32,000 nt of DNA from contig JAUQQN010000001.1 in the NCBI GenBank assembly GCA_030549845.1, positions 60,001 through 92,000 on the forward strand. Reading direction: 5' to 3'. Below are positions 15,860 through 24,912 of the stretch, one piece after another; position 1 is the first letter of the stretch, and every line of letters begins with the position of its first letter. The notes under the pieces are model-generated. The model worked only from the letters and a program-made list of their open reading frames with translations. It had not been told where the DNA came from and made no database searches. The DNA is from Patescibacteria group bacterium (GTDB lineage Bacteria > Patescibacteriota > Minisyncoccia > UBA6257 > HR35). The position numbers were made by a program, and so were the translations under genes.

Positions 15860-17430
15860 TGCTCTTCAAGTATAAATCCTAGTTCTTCAAGTTTCTCCTT
15901 TGCTAAAAACTTATCTAAATTAAAATTTTTTCTAAAATCTTCTAAAACTAAACTATAATCATCAGAAAAAACTTCACCATGAATATTATCTTTAAAATAT
16001 AGATTATGTCCGTCATAGATAACCTCATAAGTTATTTCTTGAAAATTAACAATAGCCCTTTCTCCCTTAGATTTATCAAACTTAGGTAACTTTTTTTTAT
16101 AAATTTTTGTATTTTTGTAATCTGCAGCAAAAATTAAAGATTCTTCTTCATTTATCCAAAAAACAAAATTTTCTTTCGAAGCAATTACTGAATTATCGGA
16201 AGGCGAAATTACACCAGAAGCAATTTTTTTAATTGTTTTGTTGCTTACATTAATTAATAACAATTCATTTTCTTTTGTTTCTTTATTAAAAACAAAAGCA
16301 ATAAGTTCTGTAGGTGAAATTCCTTTGATTTTTTTAATTTCTAACTTATTAAAATCAAAATTTCCTAATTCCTGGAATTTATCAATTTTAATTTCTTCTT
16401 CATAACTTTCTTTACTGCTCTTTTTATTATATTCAACTTCTAAACTCATGCTTTCTAAATATAAATAAGGAATATTTTCAATTGTTGGGTTTGATTGAAC
16501 TTTGATTTGAATTTTTGAAATCATTAGCCAGTCATTAACTGGAATAGAAAAACTTACATCTTGCGAATTTTTATTGGTTATTGAACCCAAATATTGCCAA
16601 GTTTGAGCATCAAGAGTGTAAAAGATATCAAAATAATTTAGGGTTTGCTCTAATTGTGTTGTAGAAGTTATTTCTTCTTGAGCAGTTGTTGTTTCTTGGG
16701 TTGTTGTATTTGTTTCTTGAGTTGTCAGCTCCTGAGCTTTCGTTGCTTCAGGAGTTATTGTATTTGTCTCTTGGATTATCGTGTTTATTGTTTCTTCGGT
16801 TGTAGAAGTTACAAAAGTTTGCTCGCTTGTCAAATTTTCATTAGGATAAGCTGGTTCTGAATTTGTAATTTCTTCTGCAAAAACTATTTTGTAAAAAAAT
16901 GACTGAGGAATTTCGATTGTTGAAGTTGAAGGATTTTCTGGGACTGTATTTGTTGAATTTTCTGTTGAAGTATTCATAACTTCAATTGTTTTTGGTGGAA
17001 GAATTTTTTCGATTAATGACTTTGAAGATGTTGGCTGAATGATAGGTGTTTCTCTTCTTTCATTTGTTAAAATCATATTAAATTTAAGAGTTATCTTTCG
17101 AATTTCACCTTCTTCAATTGGTCCTTGAAAATTTCCGCAGTAAATTTCTTTGAATCCTCCTAAATAAACAGCTGAATTTGTTTCATTTATTAAATCTGGA
17201 CTTTCAACCTCAGGTTTACCTTGTGCTTTTTCAGGATTAATAAAACTTCCTAAGCAAGATGAAGGATAAAAATATAAAATATCGGCCTTACTTTCTTTTA
17301 GTATGAATTTATTCCAAACAATAATTAAAAAAATAATAAAAGCGAGTATTATAAATTCCTTTTTGAAGATTTTTAAAAGTATAGTATGAAAGAGCTCCCA
17401 GGTCTTTTTTTGAACAAATTTTGGGATCAT
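15856..17430 (-). CDS. Membrane-anchored hypothetical protein with a Thr/Glu-rich linker
   Basis: The TM helix is FIILAFIIFLIIVWNKFIL. The low-complexity segment is IIQETNTITPEATKAQELTTQETNTTTQETTTAQEEITSTTQ. The C-terminal half is beta-rich. It is translationally coupled (ATGA) to the giant gene. Confidence 0.6.
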   Translation of the reverse strand: MIPKFVQKKTWELFHTILLKIFKKEFIILAFIIFLIIVWNKFILKESKADILYFYPSSCLGSFINPEKAQGKPEVESPDLINETNSAVYLGGFKEIYCGNFQGPIEEGEIRKITLKFNMILTNERRETPIIQPTSSKSLIEKILPPKTIEVMNTSTENSTNTVPENPSTSTIEIPQSFFYKIVFAEEITNSEPAYPNENLTSEQTFVTSTTEETINTIIQETNTITPEATKAQELTTQETNTTTQETTTAQEEITSTTQLEQTLNYFDIFYTLDAQTWQYLGSITNKNSQDVSFSIPVNDWLMISKIQIKVQSNPTIENIPYLYLESMSLEVEYNKKSSKESYEEEIKIDKFQELGNFDFNKLEIKKIKGISPTELIAFVFNKETKENELLLINVSNKTIKKIASGVISPSDNSVIASKENFVFWINEEESLIFAADYKNTKIYKKKLPKFDKSKGERAIVNFQEITYEVIYDGHNLYFKDNIHGEVFSDDYSLVLEDFRKNFNLDKFLAKEKLEELGFILEEQ

Positions 17431-17512
17431 TATTATTTTTAAATTATAACTTGAAAACTTATTAAACCTACTTCGTTAATTTTAGTTTTAAGAATTATAT
17501 ATAAAAGTGATT

Positions 17513-17962
17513 TTATAAAGGAGAAATATCAAATGATTCTGAATTTGGTTTTAAAGGTGCAACATGTTGTATCCAAATATCATCTGGTGCTTTTCCTGTA
17601 AGAGATGGGAAATATTTTGCTATAATCCAACCACCTTCTTTAGTAGGAGAAGGTGCGATTTTTATAACTCTGAATACTTCATTACCAAATCTCATTTTTT
17701 CTTCATTTCCTAATATTTCTACTAATATCTCGAAGGTTTTTTGAACTTTTTCTCTATCTTTTTCTGAAATTAATTGAAATTCTACATAAGTTCCCTCTTC
17801 TTTTTCAAGCAATTCTTTTAAAAAATCTATCAATCTCTTTTTTAATGTTTCATCTAGGTTTTGAGTATTTTCTAGTTTATTAATCACATCAATCAACGAG
17901 GACCTATAAGCTTCTTTTTTATTTTCTGAGCTTTTACTTAGTTCTCCTCCAAATTGTTCCAT
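17513..17962 (-). CDS. Hypothetical acidic cytoplasmic protein
   Basis: This is a 149-aa ORF with no TM segment and no recognised motif. It lies between the transketolase N-half and the surface block. Confidence 0.5.
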   Translation of the reverse strand: MEQFGGELSKSSENKKEAYRSSLIDVINKLENTQNLDETLKKRLIDFLKELLEKEEGTYVEFQLISEKDREKVQKTFEILVEILGNEEKMRFGNEVFRVIKIAPSPTKEGGWIIAKYFPSLTGKAPDDIWIQHVAPLKPNSESFDISPL

Positions 17963-18010
17963 GTTGTGTTTATATTATTATATTAATTTTAAATTATAAA
18001 TTCCTAATCC

Positions 18011-18877
18011 TTATTGATGTTCACTAATTATTCTACCACCTAAGGTTCTTAATTCATCTAAAGCTTTTTTTGCTTCTTCTTTATTTGGTGGTTTTCCATG
18101 CCATTCAAATTTCTTCTCCATAAAACTTACGCCCTTCCCTGGAATAGTATAAGCAATAATTACTGATGTTCTTTTCCACTCTGATCTTGCTTCTCTTACA
18201 ACATCAACGAAAGCCCTTATGTTATGACCATCAACTTCTAAAACATGCAAACCAAATGATTCTAATTTTTGTTTTAATGGTTCAAGAGGCATAACATCTT
18301 CAGTGAATCCATCAATTTGGATATAATTTCTGTCAATTATTATCGTTAAATTATCAAGCTGGTTTTTCCCTAAAAACATATAAGCTTCCCAGATATTTCC
18401 TTCTTGATGTTCGCCATCAGAAGTTATACAGTACACATGGTAATCTTTTTGATCAAGTTTTCCAGCAATTGCTATTCCAATTGCTTGAGATAGGCCTTCA
18501 CCTAATGCACCTGATGTATTTTCTATACCTGGTAGACTCCCCCTATGAGGATGGCCTTGCAATCTTGAATTAACTTTTCTTAAAGTTTTTAACTCTTCTA
18601 TCGGGAAATAGCCTGCTAAAGCTAAAGCTGCATATTGCGCAGGGCATATATGGCCATTAGATATTACTAATCTATCTCTATCTTCCCAATTTGGATTTTT
18701 AGGATCGTGCCTTAAGATATGAAAGTAAAATGCAGAAAATATATCAGCCATTCCAAGTGGTCCAGCAGAATGTCCTGAGCCAGCTTCTAAAAGCATTTCA
18801 ATAATTAATTTCCTTATTTCATTTGCTTTTTCTTCTAAAAACTTTAGTTTTTCTTCGGTGATTTCCTCTATCATCAA
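18011..18877 (-). CDS. Transketolase, N-terminal (thiamine-diphosphate-binding) subunit
   Basis: Motifs are SGHSAGPLGMADI, RDRLVISNGHICPAQYA, LQGHPH and ITSDGEHQEGNIWEA...IIDRN. The track start at 18877 is a TTG. An ATG follows at 18874 and may be the true start. Confidence 0.9.
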   Translation of the reverse strand: MMIEEITEEKLKFLEEKANEIRKLIIEMLLEAGSGHSAGPLGMADIFSAFYFHILRHDPKNPNWEDRDRLVISNGHICPAQYAALALAGYFPIEELKTLRKVNSRLQGHPHRGSLPGIENTSGALGEGLSQAIGIAIAGKLDQKDYHVYCITSDGEHQEGNIWEAYMFLGKNQLDNLTIIIDRNYIQIDGFTEDVMPLEPLKQKLESFGLHVLEVDGHNIRAFVDVVREARSEWKRTSVIIAYTIPGKGVSFMEKKFEWHGKPPNKEEAKKALDELRTLGGRIISEHQ

Positions 18878-18910
18878 TTAAATTTTAACATTAATAACTT
18901 AAAAACTTTT

Positions 18911-19951
18911 TTATTCTATTTCTGGCAATCTTCTTTTCAAATAGGGGTGAAATTCACCTGGGTTTATTTCTAATTTTTTCCTAAATAGTTGAGCTGATAT
19001 TGCATTAAACAGATTTTCATTTTCAAAAAGTTCTTTAGGCAAATATCCTTCATTTCTTAATCTTCTAATTATTGATAAAGCAATTGCATTTGCTCTCCGC
19101 TCTTTTACAACGTCAATTTCTATACCAGAGTGTTCCTTATAAATTTCTTCATTTTTAGAAAAATCTATAGCATGCCCAATTTCATGAAATAAAGCTAATA
19201 GCAAAAAGAAGTGCGATAACTTTCCATATAATACAACCTTTATTTGCTTTTGAGAGCCTTTAAATAAAGAATGAGGAAAATTATTTAAAAATGCGAACTT
19301 AATTTCAGGAAGAGAGACATCATATCTATAGAAAATTACTTCTTCGGGTAGTAACGAATTTAAATTAAATTCTCTATCTTTATAAATTAAAGTCAAAATA
19401 GATTTAAGTTGATAAATTCCCTCATCCGTTTTATCATATTCTATTTCTTCTCTGATTTTTAAATCATTTGTTATATAATACTCATTTATTTCCTTCATTT
19501 CTTTTGATATTTCTTGTAATCTTTTTTTGCTTTCTTCTAAATATTCTCTACTTGAAAGAAGCTTCAAATATATCTTAATCCTAGACAAATGCGACATAAA
19601 AAGATCGAAAATCAAATCTTTTGCTTCTTTAGAAAAATCAGCTCTACTAATTTCTTTTTTCTCTTCATTTATTTCTATAGTAATCTTGGCAAATTCTAAA
19701 GTATTTGGCAATAATGGTTTTAAAATATCAAATCTTTCTGAAGGGTGCCTTAATATATAACTTATTAAATCGATTAACAATTTTCTTTCCTCAAGATTTT
19801 GAATTTTTTCTACGTTTTTTATCATATTTTCTAAATCTGCCGGTTGGACATAATATTCTTCATAACTTAATTCTTCATCCAATTTTTCAGCTATTTTTTT
19901 AATTGTTTCATATTCTTCAAAAGAAATCCTTCTTTTTCCAGTTGATTCCAT
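18911..19951 (-). CDS. Hypothetical cytoplasmic protein with an HEXXH zinc-peptidase motif (possibly ImmA/IrrE-like)
   Basis: LALFHEIGHAIDF is followed about 25 aa later by ERRANAIALSII. This resembles the HExxH...E..AN..A pattern of M78/ImmA-type peptidases. The N-terminal ~200 aa are helical and charged. Confidence 0.45.
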   Translation of the reverse strand: MESTGKRRISFEEYETIKKIAEKLDEELSYEEYYVQPADLENMIKNVEKIQNLEERKLLIDLISYILRHPSERFDILKPLLPNTLEFAKITIEINEEKKEISRADFSKEAKDLIFDLFMSHLSRIKIYLKLLSSREYLEESKKRLQEISKEMKEINEYYITNDLKIREEIEYDKTDEGIYQLKSILTLIYKDREFNLNSLLPEEVIFYRYDVSLPEIKFAFLNNFPHSLFKGSQKQIKVVLYGKLSHFFLLLALFHEIGHAIDFSKNEEIYKEHSGIEIDVVKERRANAIALSIIRRLRNEGYLPKELFENENLFNAISAQLFRKKLEINPGEFHPYLKRRLPEIE

Positions 19952-19967
19952 TTTTTATTTTGTTATT

Positions 19968-20564
19968 TTAATAAGCTCCTTTAGGGAAAATTAATTCTTT
20001 AATAGTAAGCACTAAGATTTTTAAATCATTTAAAAAGTTTATATTTTCAATATATTTTAAATCTAAATTGATTCTTTCTTGGAAGCTTAACTCATTTCTT
20101 CCTGAAACTTGCCATAATCCAGTTAAGCCCGGCCTAACACTGAAAATTTTTGTTGGAACATTATCACCAATTTCATATGGCCTTGGCCCAACAAAAGACA
20201 TTTCTCCTTTTAATATATTAAAAATTTGTGGTAATTCATCAAGAGAATGGACTCTAATAAAAAATCCACCCTTTATTAGTCTTGGATCAGGCTTAAGTTT
20301 TTTATATCGTTTCCACATTTTTTTAAAAGTCTCATCTTTAAGAACTTCATTTAAAATTTTCTCAGCATCCCTTCTCATTGTTCTTATTTTATACATATTA
20401 AAAATTTTTCCATTTTTCCCAATCCTTGGCATTATATAAAAAGGTGGCCAGCCATCAACCAAAATTACGTAAAGAGATAAAATAAAAATTAAAATTAAAA
20501 AAATTGGTAAAAAAATAATAGACAAGATTAAATCAAAAACTCTCTTCCCTACTCTTCTATACAT
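19968..20564 (-). CDS. Small monotopic phosphoglycosyl transferase (bacterial sugar transferase family, WbaP/PglC-like)
   Basis: Motifs are KRVFDLILSIIFLPIF, PRIGKNGKIFNMYKIRTM, DELPQIFNILKGEMSFVGPRP and RPGLTGLWQVSGRN. Confidence 0.85.
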   Translation of the reverse strand: MYRRVGKRVFDLILSIIFLPIFLILIFILSLYVILVDGWPPFYIMPRIGKNGKIFNMYKIRTMRRDAEKILNEVLKDETFKKMWKRYKKLKPDPRLIKGGFFIRVHSLDELPQIFNILKGEMSFVGPRPYEIGDNVPTKIFSVRPGLTGLWQVSGRNELSFQERINLDLKYIENINFLNDLKILVLTIKELIFPKGAY

Positions 20565-21613
20565 TCTTTAATTATTTTATAAATCTCTTCAGCTGTTTTT
20601 TGCCAACTAAATCTTTTTATAAATTCTAACCTTTTTTTCTCAAAATCTTCGTAATTTATTTTTTCAACTTGATTTAATGCATTTAAAAAACTTTCTTCAT
20701 TATTTAAATCAAAAAAGATACCTATATCTCCATAAATTTCTCGATGAACTGGGATATCAGATAAAATAACAGGTGTTCCACAAGCTAATGCTTCTAATGG
20801 AGGAAGATTAAACCCTTCTTTTAAAGAGGCTGAAATTAAAGCTTTTGCTTGATTGTATAATTGAATCAAAGTTTCATCATTTACTTCCCCATAAAAAATA
20901 ATCTTATCTTCTAAGTTTAATTTCTTAACTAATTTTTTTAAAAAATTAATATAATTTTTAAAATCTTCTCTAAAACCTATTATTTTTAACTGGTCTTGCA
21001 CTCTTAAAATTTTCCACATTTTTATTATGTAATCCACATTTTTATAGGGAAATGAAGGGTTCAAGGTTAAATAAAAGTTTTCTTTTGAAAGATTTAATTT
21101 TTTAAATACAGGATCAGGAGCTAAATGAGCTATTCTTATTTTATCTCTGTTTATATTAAAAACACTTATCAATTCTTCTTTTGTAAATTTAGATGGAGTT
21201 ATTATAAGTCTGCAGTTATCAATTAATTTTTTTAAAAAAACTTTATGATAAATAAAAGATGGGATTCTTTTTTTAAAAGTGGTAATATGAACTAAGTCAT
21301 AAACAACACAAATTTGCGGTATTTTTTTATTAAAAAAATAACCAACGTGGAAAGGGTTAAATATTAAATGGGGTTTAATTTTTTTCGTTACATCATAAAA
21401 AATTTTTTGTAATTTTAAAAAATGTAAAAATTTAGAATATTCTTTAGGATACAGCAAAGAATTTACAGATGAAATATCCAAAGGAAAGGAAGTTAAAATA
21501 TATACCTCTTCTTCAGAAATTTTAGATAATTCTTTTATTAAATTGTAAGCAGCCCTAAATATTCCGGAGTTTTTGGACCCCCAATAAAAAAAATTAATTA
21601 AAATTTTTTTCAT
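20549..21613 (-). CDS. Glycosyltransferase family 4 (GT-B)
   Basis: The C-terminal motif is SASLKEGFNLPPLEALACGTPVILSDIPVHREI (EX7E type). Confidence 0.75.
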   Translation of the reverse strand: MKKILINFFYWGSKNSGIFRAAYNLIKELSKISEEEVYILTSFPLDISSVNSLLYPKEYSKFLHFLKLQKIFYDVTKKIKPHLIFNPFHVGYFFNKKIPQICVVYDLVHITTFKKRIPSFIYHKVFLKKLIDNCRLIITPSKFTKEELISVFNINRDKIRIAHLAPDPVFKKLNLSKENFYLTLNPSFPYKNVDYIIKMWKILRVQDQLKIIGFREDFKNYINFLKKLVKKLNLEDKIIFYGEVNDETLIQLYNQAKALISASLKEGFNLPPLEALACGTPVILSDIPVHREIYGDIGIFFDLNNEESFLNALNQVEKINYEDFEKKRLEFIKRFSWQKTAEEIYKIIKECIEE

Positions 21614-22922
21614 TTATAACTTCACTTAATGAAAACCCTATCAAAATTGAGGAAATATAAAATATCAATGGATTAGTGAAAAAATAATCTACAATATTCC
21701 CCAACAGAACAACAATAAAGAATAATTTAAGTGGTGAATTTAGTCTAAATATTAATATTATTATACTCCACAAAATGACTACCCACAATATACCAAAATC
21801 TAGCCAGACTTGAAGCACTAGATTGTGTGCATTAAATCCTTTTGTATTTTCTCCCCATAAAGCTGTAAATTTCACATTCCTACTTAAAAATTCTGCTTGA
21901 AAAACATAGGGGCCCACCCCTAAGGGAAATTGACTTAACACATAGAGAGCGTAAGAATAAATTTCTTCTCTAAAATTTATAGAAGTAATTTTATAGGTAA
22001 TTATATTATGCTCTTTAAAAAATTGGCTAAGTGAATTTTCTATTGCTTGTTTGTACCATGAGTTATAACTAAATTTTTGGATAATTTCTAAACCACTTAA
22101 CCAAAAGAGCCAAAACAAAAAAATATTTAATATCAAAAATATTAAAATAATTTCAAAATCTAAACTGAATTTATTTTTTTTGTAAATTCCATATAAGATA
22201 TAAAGAGCTAAAAAAATAAACAGAATGAAATTGTTTTTACTACCGGTTAAAACTAAATTTAATCCACTTAAGATAAAATAAAAGTTAAAAATATTATTAC
22301 TGATTAGGCTTTCGTTTAATAAAACTAAAGCTACAATTAGGGATAGATTAATAAAAAAAGCATAAGAGTTTGGGTGCCCAACTAACGACTGAGCTCTTGG
22401 GTAGGTATATGGGCGTTCATAAAAGATAGTCTTGTATAAATCAGGATTAAAAAAGAGGATTAAATTAAAAAAGTTAAGAATAATAGCAATAAGAAAAATA
22501 ACTAGAAATAATAAGTTTTTATAATAGGTTTTGAACAAACCGATTAATAAAGCCAAAATGAAGACTGGCAAATATTCTAAAATTTTTAAGGTATACTTTA
22601 AGCTTGTTAAGGGATATGGGGACGTAAGGTTTAAAACAACAAAGTAAAAACTCAATAAAAAGAAATAAAAAATTGAATAGTAATTATTCAAAAATTTACT
22701 GAAAAATTTGCAAAGTTCTTCTTTAAAAAATAGAATTAAACACAAAATAGAAGAAAAAGGTACTATAATATTTGCAAAATTAAAATCTGTAAAAGGTATA
22801 TTTATCTCTGGCAAAACTAAAAAAGTTATAGCAACTGATATAGAAAAAACAATTAAGTAAACCTCAATCCTGTCTTTGCGTAAATTTTCTCTAAAAATAT
22901 TATAAATTTCGGTGGCAAACAT
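21594..22922 (-). CDS. O-antigen ligase / Wzy_C-family polytopic membrane protein
   Basis: There are many TM helices. Wzy_C-like motifs are AQSLVGHPNSYAFF, LTGSKNNFILFIF and NAHNLVLQVWLDFGILW. The annotated start overlaps the upstream GT2 by 70 nt, so the true start may lie further downstream. Confidence 0.65.
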   Translation of the reverse strand: MFATEIYNIFRENLRKDRIEVYLIVFSISVAITFLVLPEINIPFTDFNFANIIVPFSSILCLILFFKEELCKFFSKFLNNYYSIFYFFLLSFYFVVLNLTSPYPLTSLKYTLKILEYLPVFILALLIGLFKTYYKNLLFLVIFLIAIILNFFNLILFFNPDLYKTIFYERPYTYPRAQSLVGHPNSYAFFINLSLIVALVLLNESLISNNIFNFYFILSGLNLVLTGSKNNFILFIFLALYILYGIYKKNKFSLDFEIILIFLILNIFLFWLFWLSGLEIIQKFSYNSWYKQAIENSLSQFFKEHNIITYKITSINFREEIYSYALYVLSQFPLGVGPYVFQAEFLSRNVKFTALWGENTKGFNAHNLVLQVWLDFGILWVVILWSIIILIFRLNSPLKLFFIVVLLGNIVDYFFTNPLIFYISSILIGFSLSEVINEKNFN

Positions 22923-23761
22923 AAAATTAATATAAATATTATAAACATAATTAAATTCTTAATAGAAAAATTAGACCTTAAACCTTGGATTAAATAAAAC
23001 AAAGAGTTTCTGGGGTCATTATTCTTTTTGTAAAGCTTACTTAAATGAAAATAAAAATAAGATAAATTTTCTTTATCTAACAAATCCTTGTGTTTTTTTA
23101 AAATGTATTCCCTGTCTTTTATAACTTTCACAAAATTAGATTCATAGATCCTAAAATAATATTTATAAAAAACTACATTCAAAGGAATAAATTTTATATT
23201 ATTTACAATTAATCTCAAGCAGAATTCATAATCCTCTCCATAAAAAATATTTTCATCAAATAAAAAGCCTTTCTTAAAAATTTCTTTATTAAAGATACTG
23301 CCTCCTAATTTGAATTTTCTAATATCTAAGGCTTTATATGGATTCTTTTGTAATAAAACTAAATTCGAAAACTTGGGATATATAAAATTTTTATTATCAA
23401 AGACATACAATCTTGGGGCAACAAACCATAAAGTGTTATCATCAAATTTTGTCATTTCTTCTTTTAATTTATTTAAAGAATTTTCTATTATCTCATCGTC
23501 ATCATCAAGAAAAATGATCCAATTATTTTTAGCTAATTTGACCCCTAAATTTTTTGAAAATGTATAACCTTTATTGACTGGATTTTTGATTAAAATAATT
23601 TTTTGATCAAATTTTTTTACAACATCAGTTACATCTTCACCTCCATCATTTATAAGTATTATTTCAAAATTTTGATAATTTTGATTATAAATACTTTTTA
23701 TTGCTCTTTCTAAAAGATTTTTTCTATTATATGTACTTATGATAAAAGTAAAATTTGTCAT
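22853..23761 (-). CDS. Glycosyltransferase family 2
   Basis: Motifs are FTFIISTYNRKNLLERAIKSIYNQNYQNFEIILINDGGED, FLDDDDE and YGEDYEF. There is a hydrophobic C-terminal tail. Confidence 0.8.
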   Translation of the reverse strand: MTNFTFIISTYNRKNLLERAIKSIYNQNYQNFEIILINDGGEDVTDVVKKFDQKIILIKNPVNKGYTFSKNLGVKLAKNNWIIFLDDDDEIIENSLNKLKEEMTKFDDNTLWFVAPRLYVFDNKNFIYPKFSNLVLLQKNPYKALDIRKFKLGGSIFNKEIFKKGFLFDENIFYGEDYEFCLRLIVNNIKFIPLNVVFYKYYFRIYESNFVKVIKDREYILKKHKDLLDKENLSYFYFHLSKLYKKNNDPRNSLFYLIQGLRSNFSIKNLIMFIIFILILCLPPKFIIFLEKIYAKTGLRFT

Positions 23762-24907
23762 TTAAAGAAATTTTTCAAAAATAGATAAAAGCTTTTTAGT
23801 AAATTCTTCCCAATTTAATAAATTTAAAGGATTATTAATATCTCTTTTAACTTGCGAATTAAATTTTTTTATTATTTTTTCTCTTAATTCTAGTTCATCT
23901 AAGGGGTTATTAATAAACTCTATATTAGAAACATCAAGAAAATCTTTTACTCCACAATATTTTGTAATAATTAATTCTGCCCCAAAATAATAAGCTTCTA
24001 ATATACTAAGCCCATAAGGCTCAAAAATTGAAGGGTGGCAATATATTTTGCAGTTTTTATATAAAAATGCCAGGTCTTCTAATGTTAAGTTTGAATATAA
24101 ATATGTATTTTTTCTTTTCTCTAAAAGTTCTTTAAACTCCATATAATAAGATTTAAAATTTTGCGGTGGATTAGATAATATATTTCTATCTGGAAGTACA
24201 AATACTATGGGGATATTTTCAATATTTTGGAGTGCTTTTAGTATAAGAATTTGATTTTTGAATGGATCTATTCTTCCTACATTTAAAAGAAAGCTTTTAC
24301 CTATAATATCTTTGAAAAGTATTTTATTTCCCCCAAAATCTTTTTCTTTGTAATTAATTAGCTGAATTTCTTCTAAAATAGGTATAGGTAATAAGTAAAT
24401 TTTATTTTCTAAATTTTCAAGATCACTATAATATTCTAAAAGAAATTTTTTTTCAGTATAACTAGATACAATTATCAAAGATACTAAATTAAGAATTAGA
24501 CTTTCTTTTCTTTTCCTTCTAAATTTATTTAAGAATATTAAGAGATTTTTAAAATTTAGTTCTCCCACTAATTTCGCTCCAAAATTAAAAATTTTTTTAA
24601 ATCTAGAGTGTCTTTTATAAATTTCAATAATCATTTTTTCTATTTCTTTATTTTTTAACCAAAGTGTGTGAAGAATTACGGGCATTTTTTTATTTTTTAG
24701 TTCAAATAAATAAGGTAGCAAAGTTTTGTAATCTCCAAGGTTGAAAAAGTTATACACGTCATAATCTAAAGTAAAATCTTTTCTCTTAGCTATAATATCA
24801 GCTTTAACGTTATATTTTTCTAAATATTTTTTTATATTTAAAATATATAGGGTATCGCCTCCAGGATTTGTAAATAAATTACTTCTTGCAATTAGAGCTA
24901 TTCTCAT
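23762..24907 (-). CDS. Glycosyltransferase family 4 (GT-B)
   Basis: Motifs are MRIALIARSNLFTNPGGDT, VGRIDPFKNQ and HPSIFEPYGLSILEAYYFGAELI. Confidence 0.7.
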   Translation of the reverse strand: MRIALIARSNLFTNPGGDTLYILNIKKYLEKYNVKADIIAKRKDFTLDYDVYNFFNLGDYKTLLPYLFELKNKKMPVILHTLWLKNKEIEKMIIEIYKRHSRFKKIFNFGAKLVGELNFKNLLIFLNKFRRKRKESLILNLVSLIIVSSYTEKKFLLEYYSDLENLENKIYLLPIPILEEIQLINYKEKDFGGNKILFKDIIGKSFLLNVGRIDPFKNQILILKALQNIENIPIVFVLPDRNILSNPPQNFKSYYMEFKELLEKRKNTYLYSNLTLEDLAFLYKNCKIYCHPSIFEPYGLSILEAYYFGAELIITKYCGVKDFLDVSNIEFINNPLDELELREKIIKKFNSQVKRDINNPLNLLNWEEFTKKLLSIFEKFL

Positions 24908-24912
24908 TATAT

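Noticed and set aside
22853-22922. The 70-nt overlap between the GT2 gene and the Wzy_C gene could be a frameshift or pseudogene signal. The same question applies to the 35-nt overlap at 25778-25812 and the 31-nt overlap at 7794-7824.
   Set aside because: Both partners in each pair are full length with intact motifs. The overlaps are most simply explained by over-extended start calls, or by genuine overlaps in a compact genome.
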